Made by a program: the position numbers and the translations under genes. 64,000 nucleotides of DNA from Spartobacteria bacterium (GTDB lineage: Bacteria; Verrucomicrobiota; Verrucomicrobiia; Chthoniobacterales; UBA10450): positions 1,350 through 65,349 of the forward strand of contig JBDTVP010000008.1 of the NCBI GenBank assembly GCA_040007175.1, given 5' to 3'. This document shows positions 37,650 to 47,586 of this stretch, one piece after another (positions within the stretch are counted from its first letter, which is position 1; every line of letters starts with the position of its first letter). Below the pieces are notes generated by a model that saw only the letters and a program-made list of their open reading frames with translations, had not been told where the DNA came from and searched no databases.

Positions 37650-38726
37650 ATGGACTTCCAAACCCTCATCGAGCACAAACGCGACCGCTTTCGACAACTC
37701 GAAAGCGAGATCGGCGATCCGCATCTTTTCGATAATCGGAAAAAGGCCAGCGACACCATGCGCGAACATTCCGCGCTCAAGGATTTGTTCGCGAAATGGG
37801 AGGACCTGGTCACGGCCCGGCGCCAGCTCGAAGACAATCGCGAGCTGGCCGCGGCCGACGACGTTGACCTCGCGCAGATGGCCCAGGAGGAAATTCCCGT
37901 CCTCGAAAAGCGCGGCGCCGAGCTCGAGTTTGCGGTGCAGATCGCGCTCCTCCCGCCCGACGAAGCAGACGATCGCGATGCCATCGTCGAGATTCGCGCC
38001 GGCACCGGCGGGAGCGAAGCGGCTATTTTCGCGGCAGATCTTTACCGCATGTATTGCCGCTACGCGGAAACTGCCGGCTTGAAGATTGAAGATCTCGAAG
38101 CAAGTCCGTCAGAGCTCGGCGGCTTGAAAGAAAGCATTTTCAAAATCTCGGGCGAATCGGTTTTTCGAAAGCTGCGTTACGAGAGCGGAGTCCATCGGGT
38201 GCAGCGCGTTCCCGCGACCGAGGCGCAGGGCCGCATCCATACTTCCACCGCGACCGTCGCCGTGCTGCCCGAAGCCGAGGAAGTCGATTTCGAACTCAAG
38301 CCCGAAGATCTGCGGATCGAAGTTTGCCGCGCCGGCGGCCCCGGCGGCCAGGGTGTGAACACGACCGATTCCGCGGTCCAGGTGATGTATATCCCGACCG
38401 GCCGCATCGTCCGTTGCCAGGACGGCCGCAGCCAGCAGAAGAACAAGGAAAAGGCGCTCAGCATCCTGCGCGCTCGCCTCCTCGAGGACAAAAAACGCGA
38501 GGAAGAAGCGAAATATTCCGCCACCCGCAAAAGCCAGATTGGGTCGGGCGGCCGCGAAGAAAAGATCCGCACCTATAATTTCCCGCAGAACCGGATCACC
38601 GATCACCGGGTCGGACTGACGCTTTATAATCTGGACCGCGTGATGGAAGGCGACCTGGAGGAGATGATCTCGACCCTGCAGCACGCCGACCTCGAACAGC
38701 GTTTGAAGGAATCGGCCCTGGCCTAA
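37650..38726 (+). CDS. prfA: Peptide chain release factor 1
   Basis: The 'PAT' tripeptide in '[14 protein letters not shown]' is RF1-type, and the GGQ motif is '[15 protein letters not shown]'. The stop TAA lies inside GCCTAACGA. Confidence 0.97.
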   Translation: MDFQTLIEHKRDRFRQLESEIGDPHLFDNRKKASDTMREHSALKDLFAKWEDLVTARRQLEDNRELAAADDVDLAQMAQEEIPVLEKRGAELEFAVQIALLPPDEADDRDAIVEIRAGTGGSEAAIFAADLYRMYCRYAETAGLKIEDLEASPSELGGLKESIFKISGESVFRKLRYESGVHRVQRVPATEAQGRIHTSTATVAVLPEAEEVDFELKPEDLRIEVCRAGGPGGQGVNTTDSAVQVMYIPTGRIVRCQDGRSQQKNKEKALSILRARLLEDKKREEEAKYSATRKSQIGSGGREEKIRTYNFPQNRITDHRVGLTLYNLDRVMEGDLEEMISTLQHADLEQRLKESALA

Positions 38727-38800
38727 CGAGTGGAGACACCTCCCACCCGGCGGTGCGATCTGCCCCCACCTTCACCGAGCGCAGCGTGGACCGTGACGCG

Positions 38801-39637
38801 ATGACTGTTCTCGAAGTCCTGCAATCGACGACCGCCTATTTTGAAAAGCGCGCGGTCGAGAGCCCGCGCCTCAACGCCGAGCATCTCATCGCTCATTCGT
38901 TAGGGAAAAAACGCATCGAACTCTATCTCGAGTTCGAGCGCGCGCTCGCCGAGACGGAGCTCGCCCCGCTCCGCGAACTCGTCCGCCGCCGCGGCCAGGG
39001 CGAACCGCTGCAGCATCTTCTCGGCACAGTTGAATTCGCCGACCACGTTTTCGCGACCGATAAACGCGCCCTCATCCCCCGCCCCGAAACCGAACAACTG
39101 GTCGAATACCTTTGCGACCTCGACTGGCCGCCAACTCCCCGCATGCTCGACGTCGGAACCGGCAGCGGCGTCATCGCCCTCTCGCTGGCCGCCCGTTTTC
39201 CTAACGCGGAATTGCATGCAGTCGATCTCTCGGCAGATGCGCTCATTCTCGCGCGTGAAAACTCAAACCGCCTCGGCATTCCGGAGCGAATCCATTTTGT
39301 GCAAGGTCACCTCCTCGATCCGATCGCAGGCCGTTTCGACCTCATCGCGGCCAACCTTCCCTATGTCGCCGCGGGCGAGGCAGCGCAGCTCGCTCCCGAA
39401 GTCCAGCGCGACCCGCCGATCGCGCTTTTTGGCGGCGCGAATGGCGATGAATTAATTCGTGAGCTGATCGAAGCCGCGCCGGCCCATTTGGCACCGGGCG
39501 GGCTGCTCGCGCTCGAAATCGGCTTCGATCAGGAGTCGGCTCTGGGTGCGTTCCTGGCGGAGAAAAATTTTCACGACATCACCGCTAAGAAAGACTATGC
39601 AGGGACCGCAAGATTCCTCTTCGCGCGACATGGATAA
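38801..39637 (+). CDS. prmC: Release factor glutamine N5-methyltransferase (PrmC/HemK)
   Basis: It sits downstream of prfA. SAM motif 'LDVGTGSGVIAL'. The catalytic motif reads 'NLPY' instead of the usual NPPY. Confidence 0.88.
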   Translation: MTVLEVLQSTTAYFEKRAVESPRLNAEHLIAHSLGKKRIELYLEFERALAETELAPLRELVRRRGQGEPLQHLLGTVEFADHVFATDKRALIPRPETEQLVEYLCDLDWPPTPRMLDVGTGSGVIALSLAARFPNAELHAVDLSADALILARENSNRLGIPERIHFVQGHLLDPIAGRFDLIAANLPYVAAGEAAQLAPEVQRDPPIALFGGANGDELIRELIEAAPAHLAPGGLLALEIGFDQESALGAFLAEKNFHDITAKKDYAGTARFLFARHG

Positions 39638-40892
39638 GATTCTCGTTCACGGCGGCCACCCTCTTTCCGGTTCCATCAAGATCAGCGGCTCGAAAAATTC
39701 CGCGCTGCCCATCATCGCCGCTACTTTGCTGACCCGCGACCCGTGCGTTTTGCATCGCGTCCCGGACCTGAGCGACACGAATTACATGCTCCAGATCCTG
39801 ATGCATCTCGGGGCGGAAGTGGAGCGAGCCAGCGGCACGGTCACGGTCAAGGCGGAGAAGGTGGAATCGATCGCGCCCTATGAAGTCGTGCGGAAAATGC
39901 GGGCTTCGGTCTGCGTCATCGGGCCATTGTTAGGCCGATGCAAGGAAGCGACTGTCTCGCTCCCCGGCGGCTGCGTCATCGGGGATCGGCCGATCGATTT
40001 GCACCTGAAAGGCTTCGAAGCGCTCGGCGCCGCGGTCCGGGTTGAGAACGGCAATGTGAAAGTCTTCGCCCCAAAACTGACCGGCGCGGTGATCAATCTG
40101 CGCGGGAAATTTGGCCCGACCGTGCTTGGGACCGACAACGTGATGATGGCAGCGGTCCTGTCCGACGGCGTGACCGTGATCGAAGGTGCCGCGGCCGAAC
40201 CGGAAGTATGCGACCTGGCGGATTTCCTGAACAAGATGGGCGCTAAAATCGAGGGCGCCGGGACTCGGCGCATCATCATTGAAGGGGTCACGGAATTGCA
40301 CGGCGCCGAGCACGACATCATCCCGGATCGGATCGAGACCGGGACTTTCCTCGTGGCGGGCGCAATCTGTGGCCAAGGGATCACGCTCAACCGCGTGCAG
40401 CCGGAACACGTCGTTTCGGTCACGACGGCACTCATCGACTCTGGTTTCAAACTCGACATTGGCCAGAACTCGATCTCGATTTCGCCTAACGGCACCGCGA
40501 CGAAACCGCTGGAAGTGGTGACCGAACCGTATCCCGGTTTCCCCACGGATATGCAGGCCCAGATGTGCGCCCTCCTCGCCACCACCGAAGGCATCAGCGT
40601 GATCACGGAAAATGTTTTCCCGCAGCGCTACATGCACGTCGCGGAATTGAAACGGATGGGCGCGCAAGTGCAGATCGAAGGCGCGACCGCGGTCATCCAA
40701 GGCGTGGAACGGCTCTACGGCGCGCCGGTGATGGCGAGCGATCTGCGTGCTTCCGCCGCGCTCGTCCTCGCGGGTCTGAAGGCCGATGGCATCACCGAGG
40801 TGCACCGGGTTTATCACATCGACCGCGGCTACGAGCACCTCGACGAAAAATTAAGCGAGCTTGGCGCGCACATCGAACGTGTGAAAGAATAG
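39630..40892 (+). CDS. murA: UDP-N-acetylglucosamine 1-carboxyvinyltransferase
   Basis: 'MDKILVHGGHPLSGSIKISGSKNSALPIIAA' plus MurA similarity along the full length. It overlaps the prmC end by 8 nt. Confidence 0.97.
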   Translation: MDKILVHGGHPLSGSIKISGSKNSALPIIAATLLTRDPCVLHRVPDLSDTNYMLQILMHLGAEVERASGTVTVKAEKVESIAPYEVVRKMRASVCVIGPLLGRCKEATVSLPGGCVIGDRPIDLHLKGFEALGAAVRVENGNVKVFAPKLTGAVINLRGKFGPTVLGTDNVMMAAVLSDGVTVIEGAAAEPEVCDLADFLNKMGAKIEGAGTRRIIIEGVTELHGAEHDIIPDRIETGTFLVAGAICGQGITLNRVQPEHVVSVTTALIDSGFKLDIGQNSISISPNGTATKPLEVVTEPYPGFPTDMQAQMCALLATTEGISVITENVFPQRYMHVAELKRMGAQVQIEGATAVIQGVERLYGAPVMASDLRASAALVLAGLKADGITEVHRVYHIDRGYEHLDEKLSELGAHIERVKE

Positions 40893-40896
40893 CGGC

Positions 40897-41289
40897 ATGG
40901 AAACGCTAACACCGTCCACCACGGCGACTTCACCTTCCGTTCGCACCTGGTGTGTCCTTTGCCATGCCAGCGCATTGCTCGGGCTTTTTTTGCCGGCCGT
41001 CGCGCACATTGTTGGCCCGCTGATCATCTGGCTCTTGAAACGGGATGAATCGCCCGAGATCGACGACCAGGGTAAGGAATCGCTCAACTTCCAGATCTCG
41101 ATGTTGATTTACACCGTCCTGCTCGGCGTCGCCTTCTTCATCCTGATGTGGGTGCTGGTGGGATTTTTGCTCCTGCCGCTTTTCGGCGTCCTTTATGTGC
41201 TCGACATCGTGCTCGTCATCGTCGCGTCGATCAAGGCGAGCGAAGGCAAACTATATCGTTATCCCCTAACGATTCGATTGATCAAATAG
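40897..41289 (+). CDS. DUF4870-like small membrane protein
   Basis: 130 aa. 'GPLIIWLLKRDESPEIDDQGKESLNFQIS' and 3-4 TM segments fit DUF4870. Confidence 0.7.
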   Translation: METLTPSTTATSPSVRTWCVLCHASALLGLFLPAVAHIVGPLIIWLLKRDESPEIDDQGKESLNFQISMLIYTVLLGVAFFILMWVLVGFLLLPLFGVLYVLDIVLVIVASIKASEGKLYRYPLTIRLIK

Positions 41290-41360
41290 GGCGGACGCGT
41301 CTCGCAAGGAAACGTCCTCCAATTCGAAACGGGCGCGCCACTGCGCCAGTGACGGAGGGC

Positions 41361-42230
41361 CTACAATCCGCGCAGCGTCTTCATGTTCTCGACGTCTTCG
41401 TGCAGCTCCTTGCCTTTCGGCGTCTCGAGCACTTTTGGGATTTTGCGGAATCGGCGGTCGCGCATGATGAAGCGAAACGCTTCCAGGCCGATCTGACCTT
41501 TCCCGATATGCTCGTGCCGATCGACCCGCGAGCCGCGTCCCGTCTTGGAATCGTTCAGGTGCAGCGCGACGAGTTGCTCGAGACCGATCGTGCGGTCGAA
41601 CTCGCGGAATGTTTGACGTGTCCCCTCGGTCGTCGTTAGGTCGTAACCCGCCGCGAAAACGTGCGCGGTGTCGAGGCAAACGCAGAGGCGTTCTGGTGCG
41701 CGCACCTTCGAAATAATCGCGGCGAGATGCTCGAAACGGTGGCCAAGACAGGAGCCCTGCCCGGCGGTCGTCTCCAGCGCGATCCGCGTTTTCACTTTCG
41801 GGACCCGAGCGAAAACCTGATCGATCGACGTCACGACCTTATCCAGCCCGGACTCCTCGCCCGCGCCGAGATGCGCCCCCGGATGCAGAACGAGAAACGG
41901 CAGACCAAGCTGATCGGCGCGCGTCAACTCCTCGGACAAGGCGCGGATGGAATTGGCCAGAAACTGCGGGTTGGTCGCGGCCAGGTTGATCAGGTAGTTG
42001 GCGTGCGCAAAGACCGCGGCCAATTCCGCGCGCTGCGCATGCTCGCGGAAGGCTTTGATTTCCTCCCGGATCAGGGGCCGCGCAAACCATTGCATGTTGT
42101 TCTTCACAAAGATCTGCATCGCCGTGCACTCGATCGAGCGGGCGCGCTCGATCGCCCGCTGCGCGCCGCCTGCAATCGACATGTGCGCGCCTAACAAATG
42201 CGGTATCGCCGCCTTCGCGCGAGTCGCCAT
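41361..42230 (-). CDS. nfo: Endonuclease IV (AP endonuclease family 2)
   Basis: 289 aa, 'LLGAHMSIAGG...IFVKNNMQW...HLNDSK'. The start ATG overlaps the upstream stop (TGATG). Confidence 0.92.
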   Translation of the reverse strand: MATRAKAAIPHLLGAHMSIAGGAQRAIERARSIECTAMQIFVKNNMQWFARPLIREEIKAFREHAQRAELAAVFAHANYLINLAATNPQFLANSIRALSEELTRADQLGLPFLVLHPGAHLGAGEESGLDKVVTSIDQVFARVPKVKTRIALETTAGQGSCLGHRFEHLAAIISKVRAPERLCVCLDTAHVFAAGYDLTTTEGTRQTFREFDRTIGLEQLVALHLNDSKTGRGSRVDRHEHIGKGQIGLEAFRFIMRDRRFRKIPKVLETPKGKELHEDVENMKTLRGL

Positions 42231-44620
42231 CAGAACCGTTTCGGCCGCCAGATCGGCTTCGTTAGGCTGCCCGATCCGTGATATTCAAAAAGCTGGTAGA
42301 GCGGCGTGAGAAGGGCGCCCGGCCCGTTCGCATCAATCCGGATATCGAAATCGAGGTCGTTCTTAATGAAGTCGAGGTCGCCGTGCCCGAGCATGGAAAA
42401 AAGCCTGCCCGAGACTTTCAATTTCTCGGTGTGAATGACGCCGTTCTTGATCGAGAAAGGCGCGTTCGCCTCGTGCGCGATGCTGTAACCGGCGCCAGAA
42501 AATATTTTACTCAGCAACTCGGAGAGCGGCCCGAAAACCGGAATGGCGAAGACGTTGCCCTCCGTCACCTCGACTTTGCCCGAGCCGTGCAGCGCTTTTC
42601 GATCCGCGCCGATCCCGCCAAAATCGAATCGGCCGCTGAGCGCGCCTCCCAAAGTTTTGTACTTGAAATAGAGATCGGTCAGGGTCGCGAAATCGGCTTT
42701 CTCGACCGCGATGTTCGCGCTGTAATGCCGGTCATTTTTCGCCAGGGAAAGATCCACTCCGCCCGTTAGGCTACCGGAGAAAAGCGCTCCCTTCAGGTTC
42801 AGGATCTGGAGACGATCGTCGGTGAAAAGCAACTGACCCGAGATTTTACTGAAAGGCAGCACCTTGTCGATAAAGGTGTAATCCATCCCGGTCGGCGCAT
42901 CGACGTTGATCTCGAGATGGGTCTGTTTCCCCGGGCCGAACTGGACGAAGCCGTTCGCGGTCACGTGCGGCGGGCGATGGAACCGGTAGGGCACGACGTG
43001 TTCCCAAAAGCGCGGTTCGATCCACATGATCGCGTCGCCCGGCTTGAGCGTCGTTTCCACATTCGTTAGGCGAATTTCGCGGCGCCCGGCATCGTAGGAG
43101 AAGGCGCCCGTCCCGACGCCTTCGTCGCGCACGACCCGGAAATTTTCCAGGGCCACGAGGCCGTCGCCAAAGCGCAGATTGCCGCTCGCGCTATTCATCC
43201 AGATGCCGCGGAAGCGCGTCCGGCCGAGCCCGAGCGTGCCTTCACCCTGCCAGGTGGCGGGCGCGCGGCCCGTCCCACGGATGGCGAGATGGACGTTAGG
43301 CGAACGCGACCATTCCCATTGCTTGAGAAACGGCCGGAGGCGGTCCGGAAACAGCGGCTCGAACGCGCCCGGGACCATCGAACTGTCGAGGTTCAGGCGG
43401 AAATCGTTAGGCGCGTCGTAGAGATCCGCGTTGAGCTGTCCGCTGCGGTGCCGGAGACGGAGGTCGCGCAGCATCGTCCGGGTTCCGTCCCACGAAAAAT
43501 CGCCGGTCAATCCCTCGAAGCCGACTTCCCGCCAGGCAAAATGTTCGAGCGCGACCTTCCCGACGACTGCGATTTTTTTCTCGGCCGCGCCAATGCTGGC
43601 CGAACCGGAAGCCTCGATCAAGGGCGGCGCCTGGAAGGTGAAATCCTTCAGCATCGCCTCCAGATCAAAACTGCCTAACAATGTCTTGAGATCGACGCTG
43701 CTCCGCGCCTGGAAGGCAGTCGCGCCGTTTTCCCGGCTCCAGTTCGCCGTCCCGGCGAAGCGGCCGACCCGGTCGCTCCACTCGAGCTGAGGCACGGTCA
43801 GGACGTGATCTTTCCACTCCGCCGTGAGCTGGAAATTGCGCGCTTCATAGGCGTCTCGCACGATCTGGCTGCCGCGGAGCGTCGCCTCGACCCGCGCATT
43901 CTCGAGCTGAGCGAGATCGCCGGAAAATTTTATCTGGAGTTCGGGAGCGGCCCCCGGATAACGGAAACGCTGCAGAAGAGTGACGAGCGTCTGGAGGAGG
44001 CGCAGCCGGCGGGCCGCATCCTCGGCCGTGTCCTTCGTTGGTTGGAAATCCTGGCGCTTGATCAACTGGCCGCTGGCCGAGACACGTATGCCGGAGAAGA
44101 AACCCTCCGCCTGGCTGACTTCAATTCGTTCCGGCGGAAAATAGACGTGAGCGCGAAAACGTTTCAGCTCGGCCTTCGCGACCTGGCCTTCGACCGGCGG
44201 GAGCGGAATGGTGAGATCGCCGTTGCGGATGTCGAGCGCGTTCAGGAACGGCTGGTGATGAAAAAGCGCTGCGTAATTGATATCGAGCGAGATTTCGCTC
44301 ACCACCGCGAGGGTGCGCCCGCGATTCTTGTAGTCGAAAATGCGGACGTCGCGCGCGATTAAGCCGCGGAAAGGATCGAGCGTGAGGCGGCGCACGGAAG
44401 CTTCAACCCCGCGTTTGTGCAGCTCCTCGACAACCTTTTCGCGCCAGTTACGGCTGAAGCCTTTTCTCGCCAGATACCAGCCGCCCGCGACGAGCCCGCC
44501 GAGGACGAGAAGAATGCCCAATCGGAGGAGAATCCGGACGAATCGAACCCGGGCCGGCAGGCGGACACGCCCGCGATGCAAGCGCGGGCGCGGCGGCTCG
44601 CGGAGGAGCGATGTGGCCAT
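42230..44620 (-). CDS. AsmA/TamB-like large membrane-anchored protein
   Basis: 796 aa with an N-terminal Arg-rich segment and a single TM ('ILLVLGGLVAGGWYL'), followed by a long beta-rich periplasmic region as in AsmA-family proteins. Confidence 0.55.
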   Translation of the reverse strand: MATSLLREPPRPRLHRGRVRLPARVRFVRILLRLGILLVLGGLVAGGWYLARKGFSRNWREKVVEELHKRGVEASVRRLTLDPFRGLIARDVRIFDYKNRGRTLAVVSEISLDINYAALFHHQPFLNALDIRNGDLTIPLPPVEGQVAKAELKRFRAHVYFPPERIEVSQAEGFFSGIRVSASGQLIKRQDFQPTKDTAEDAARRLRLLQTLVTLLQRFRYPGAAPELQIKFSGDLAQLENARVEATLRGSQIVRDAYEARNFQLTAEWKDHVLTVPQLEWSDRVGRFAGTANWSRENGATAFQARSSVDLKTLLGSFDLEAMLKDFTFQAPPLIEASGSASIGAAEKKIAVVGKVALEHFAWREVGFEGLTGDFSWDGTRTMLRDLRLRHRSGQLNADLYDAPNDFRLNLDSSMVPGAFEPLFPDRLRPFLKQWEWSRSPNVHLAIRGTGRAPATWQGEGTLGLGRTRFRGIWMNSASGNLRFGDGLVALENFRVVRDEGVGTGAFSYDAGRREIRLTNVETTLKPGDAIMWIEPRFWEHVVPYRFHRPPHVTANGFVQFGPGKQTHLEINVDAPTGMDYTFIDKVLPFSKISGQLLFTDDRLQILNLKGALFSGSLTGGVDLSLAKNDRHYSANIAVEKADFATLTDLYFKYKTLGGALSGRFDFGGIGADRKALHGSGKVEVTEGNVFAIPVFGPLSELLSKIFSGAGYSIAHEANAPFSIKNGVIHTEKLKVSGRLFSMLGHGDLDFIKNDLDFDIRIDANGPGALLTPLYQLFEYHGSGSLTKPIWRPKRF

Positions 44621-44737
44621 GCCTGCACTCCTACGAGAGCCGGTTGCGATTTCAACTGGAGACGCTTTGCGCCCCTGCGGAGGAGCGCGAAGCGTCTACC
44701 CTTGCGCTTCGTTTCGGCTTAGGGTCCCGCCGCGCCC

Positions 44738-45181
44738 ATGACCATCTCGGATCTTCCAACGGTGAACGCTTCGTTCAATGCCGTCAGTACGGTTTTCATC
44801 TCGTTAGGCTGGTGGTTTATCCGGCGCGGGTTTTGGCGGCAGCACATCGCCTGCATGATCACGGCGCTGATTTCGTCGATCTTCTTTCTCGCCGGCTACC
44901 TGGTTTATCACGCTTACGCCGGCGAGAAATCGTCCGGCTACAGCGGCCTGATCGCCTGGCTTTATTTTCCGCTGCTCATCTCCCATGTGCTCCTCGCGTT
45001 CGTCACTCTCCCGCTCGTCATCGCCACCCTCATCCCGGTCTTCCGCCGCCGTTGGGATAAACATCGGCGAATCGCGCGCTGGACGATGCCGATCTGGCTC
45101 TATGTCTCGGTCACCGGGGTGCTGGTTTATTTCATCCTCTACCAGTGGTTCCCGCCGGCCAGTCTTGCGTTAGGGCAGTAG
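44738..45181 (+). CDS. DUF420-family membrane protein (CtaM-like)
   Basis: 147 aa with 4 TM segments. 'LPTVNASFNAVSTVFISLGWWFIRRG' fits the DUF420 N-terminus. Confidence 0.7.
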   Translation: MTISDLPTVNASFNAVSTVFISLGWWFIRRGFWRQHIACMITALISSIFFLAGYLVYHAYAGEKSSGYSGLIAWLYFPLLISHVLLAFVTLPLVIATLIPVFRRRWDKHRRIARWTMPIWLYVSVTGVLVYFILYQWFPPASLALGQ

Positions 45182-45222
45182 TTGATGTTTGATCAAACAC
45201 GCCCGCAACGCGCGGGTCTTTT

Positions 45223-45666
45223 ATGGTAACGATCGCGACCTACAACGAGCCGGCCAAGGCGAAGCGGCTGAAGGAAAAACTGCAGGAGGCTGGGGTGAAA
45301 GCCGATCTGCATAACGAGGCCAACCTCCAGACCTACGCTTTCATGTCGAAGCCGCAGGCCAACGCCAAGGTGATGGTGGAGGAAGAAGAATTCGAGCGCG
45401 CCCAGGCCCTGATGGTGGAATGGGAAGCCGCCGATCCCGACATCGGCGCGATCCGTTGCCCGCAATGCAATTCGCCGCGGATCGAGTACCCGCAGTTGAC
45501 CCGTAAATTCCTCACTCCCGCGCTGGCTGGAATTCTCTTTGCCCTGAAAATTTTCCAGAAGGAATTCTACTGCCAGGATTGCCATTTCACCTGGACGAAC
45601 GAACCGGAACGCCCGCGCTATCGCTTTTGGAATCGCTTTTTCTCCGGCCCCGAAAACGAGGGCTGA
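45223..45666 (+). CDS. DUF2007-like small protein with C-terminal Cys4 zinc-ribbon
   Basis: 'MVTIATYNEPAKAKRLKEKLQEAGVKA' is a DUF2007-like alpha/beta start. 'CPQC' ... 'CQDC' are Cys pairs. Confidence 0.5.
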   Translation: MVTIATYNEPAKAKRLKEKLQEAGVKADLHNEANLQTYAFMSKPQANAKVMVEEEEFERAQALMVEWEAADPDIGAIRCPQCNSPRIEYPQLTRKFLTPALAGILFALKIFQKEFYCQDCHFTWTNEPERPRYRFWNRFFSGPENEG

Positions 45667-45763
45667 AGGGAGCGCGACGGCTCCGCTACGGTGACAAAAT
45701 CACTCGGTCGGGAGCCACGTCGCCAGCCTCCTGGCCTGGATCTCGCTCCCCTGCGCTAGCCCG

Positions 45764-46603
45764 ATGAAATGGATTTTTGCTTTCCTCCTCGCCGTCCTCA
45801 TCTTTGGCGGGGCGGCGCTTTTTAGTTACAAGATTTTCGTCCGCCCCGAGATGGTGATGCGGGCCGAGCGCCAGTCGACCGCGACGGCCCGGCCAACCCC
45901 GGATATCAGCCTGCCGGAATTCGAGGCCGCGAAAAAAACAAAAGAGGAAGGCATGCTAGGGGAAGCGCGCGCTGCCTTGACCGCGTTCATCCAGAAATAT
46001 CCGAGCGGTCTCCATGTCGGCGAGGCGCAGGATCTCCTCGGCGATATCAACACCCGCATTCTTCTCTCCGATTATCCCTCGCCGGAAAAAAAGGAATACA
46101 CCGTGCGCAGCGGCGACGTCCTGGCCCGTGTCGCACAGCGGATGAAATCGACGCCGGAGTTGATCATGCGGACGAACAACCTGAGCGGAACCATGCTTCG
46201 CATCGGGCAAAAGCTTTTTGTCTCGAGCCCGGAATTTTCCATTCTCATCCAGCGCGACGCCAAGCTCCTTTACCTGTTGGATCACGAACATTTTTTCAAG
46301 CGTTACCACCTGCTCGAGGAAAAGCTGCCAGCCATTTCAACCGCCAAAATCAACACCCGGGTCAGCGAAATCATGGCGTGGAAGAATGGGAAACGGATCG
46401 GCCTCGGCAGTCCTGATTTTCTAAACAGCACGCGCTGGATTCGGCTCGGCGCGGCCGGTTACGTTCTTTATTCTGAGCCGGATGACTCGCATCCGATCCT
46501 CGACGTTCCGCCGCCGGGGCAGGGCATTGGGATGGCGGCCTCGGACGTGGACGAGTTGAGCAGCCTTGTAAACACCAAAACGGCTGTCACCATTACCAAA
46601 TAG
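45764..46603 (+). CDS. LysM peptidoglycan-binding domain protein, membrane anchored
   Basis: N-terminal TM, a TPR-like helix pair and the LysM 'YTVRSGDVLARVAQRMKSTPELIMRTNNLSGTMLRIGQKLFV'. The C-terminal domain is uncharacterised. Confidence 0.75.
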   Translation: MKWIFAFLLAVLIFGGAALFSYKIFVRPEMVMRAERQSTATARPTPDISLPEFEAAKKTKEEGMLGEARAALTAFIQKYPSGLHVGEAQDLLGDINTRILLSDYPSPEKKEYTVRSGDVLARVAQRMKSTPELIMRTNNLSGTMLRIGQKLFVSSPEFSILIQRDAKLLYLLDHEHFFKRYHLLEEKLPAISTAKINTRVSEIMAWKNGKRIGLGSPDFLNSTRWIRLGAAGYVLYSEPDDSHPILDVPPPGQGIGMAASDVDELSSLVNTKTAVTITK

Positions 46604-46608
46604 CGACC

Positions 46609-47586
46609 ATGGATTCGCAACCGCTCGATTTCGAAAAGCCGATCCTGGAATTGCAACGCCGGTTGCAGGAACTCAAATCGCATTCCGATAAACACGACAT
46701 CGATTTCGATTCCGAAGTCGAGTCGATGGAATTGAAAATTCGCGAAACGCGCATGGAGATCTACGACAACCTGACCGCCTGGCAGCGGGTCCAGATTGCG
46801 CGCCATGTGCAACGGCCGTTTGCGCTCGATTACATCGGACGCTGTTTCACCGAATGGATCGAATTGCACGGCGACCGCGTCTTCGGCGACGACAAAGCGA
46901 TGCCCTGCGGCCTGGCTAAACTCGGGACGCAGCGTTGCGCCGTCATCTCCCAGCAAAAAGGGCGCGACACGAAAGAGAACGTGAAACGCAACTTCGGCTG
47001 CGCTTATCCGGAAGGTTACCGCAAGGCACTCCGCGTCATGCGTCTGGCCGAGAAATTCAAGCTGCCCGTTATCGCGTTAATCGACACGCCCGGCGCGTAT
47101 CCCGGGATCGGCTCGGAAGAGCGTCACATCGCTGAGGCCATCGCCGTCAACCTGCGGGAAATGATGGTCCTGCGCGTTCCGATTATCGCCTGCGTCATCG
47201 GCGAAGGCGGCTCCGGCGGCGCGCTCGGCATTGGCGTGGCGGATCGCGTCCTGATTCTCGAGAACGCCTATTATTCCGTGATCAGCCCCGAGGCCTGCTC
47301 CGCCATTTTGTGGAAGGATCGCAAACACGCGCCGGAAGCGGCCGAGGCGCTCAAACTGACGGCGGAGAATCTGATGCGGCTTGGGGTGGTCGATGAAGTG
47401 GTCGCGGAACCGGAAGGCGGCGCGCATCGCGATCACGATCTGGCCGCGGCCAATCTCGGCGGCGCGCTCCGACGCAATCTCAAGACCGCGCTCGAGAAGC
47501 CGATCGACGACCTGCTCAAGGAGCGCTACGCGAAATTCCGCAAGCTCGGCAATTTTGCGGAAACGAAAAAGCCGAACGGAGCCTAA
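46609..47586 (+). CDS. accA: Acetyl-CoA carboxylase carboxyltransferase subunit alpha
   Basis: 325 aa, 'LDFEKPILELQ...IALIDTPGAYPGIGSEERH'. The stop TAA lies inside GCCTAACGA. Confidence 0.96.
   Translation: MDSQPLDFEKPILELQRRLQELKSHSDKHDIDFDSEVESMELKIRETRMEIYDNLTAWQRVQIARHVQRPFALDYIGRCFTEWIELHGDRVFGDDKAMPCGLAKLGTQRCAVISQQKGRDTKENVKRNFGCAYPEGYRKALRVMRLAEKFKLPVIALIDTPGAYPGIGSEERHIAEAIAVNLREMMVLRVPIIACVIGEGGSGGALGIGVADRVLILENAYYSVISPEACSAILWKDRKHAPEAAEALKLTAENLMRLGVVDEVVAEPEGGAHRDHDLAAANLGGALRRNLKTALEKPIDDLLKERYAKFRKLGNFAETKKPNGA

Noticed and set aside
39340-39360. PrmC catalytic motif reads NLPY instead of NPPY
   Set aside because: It is visible in the sequence (gcc aac ctt ccc tat). A single conservative deviation in an otherwise typical prfA-linked prmC cannot be judged without an alignment of relatives. 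It is noted only in the feature evidence.
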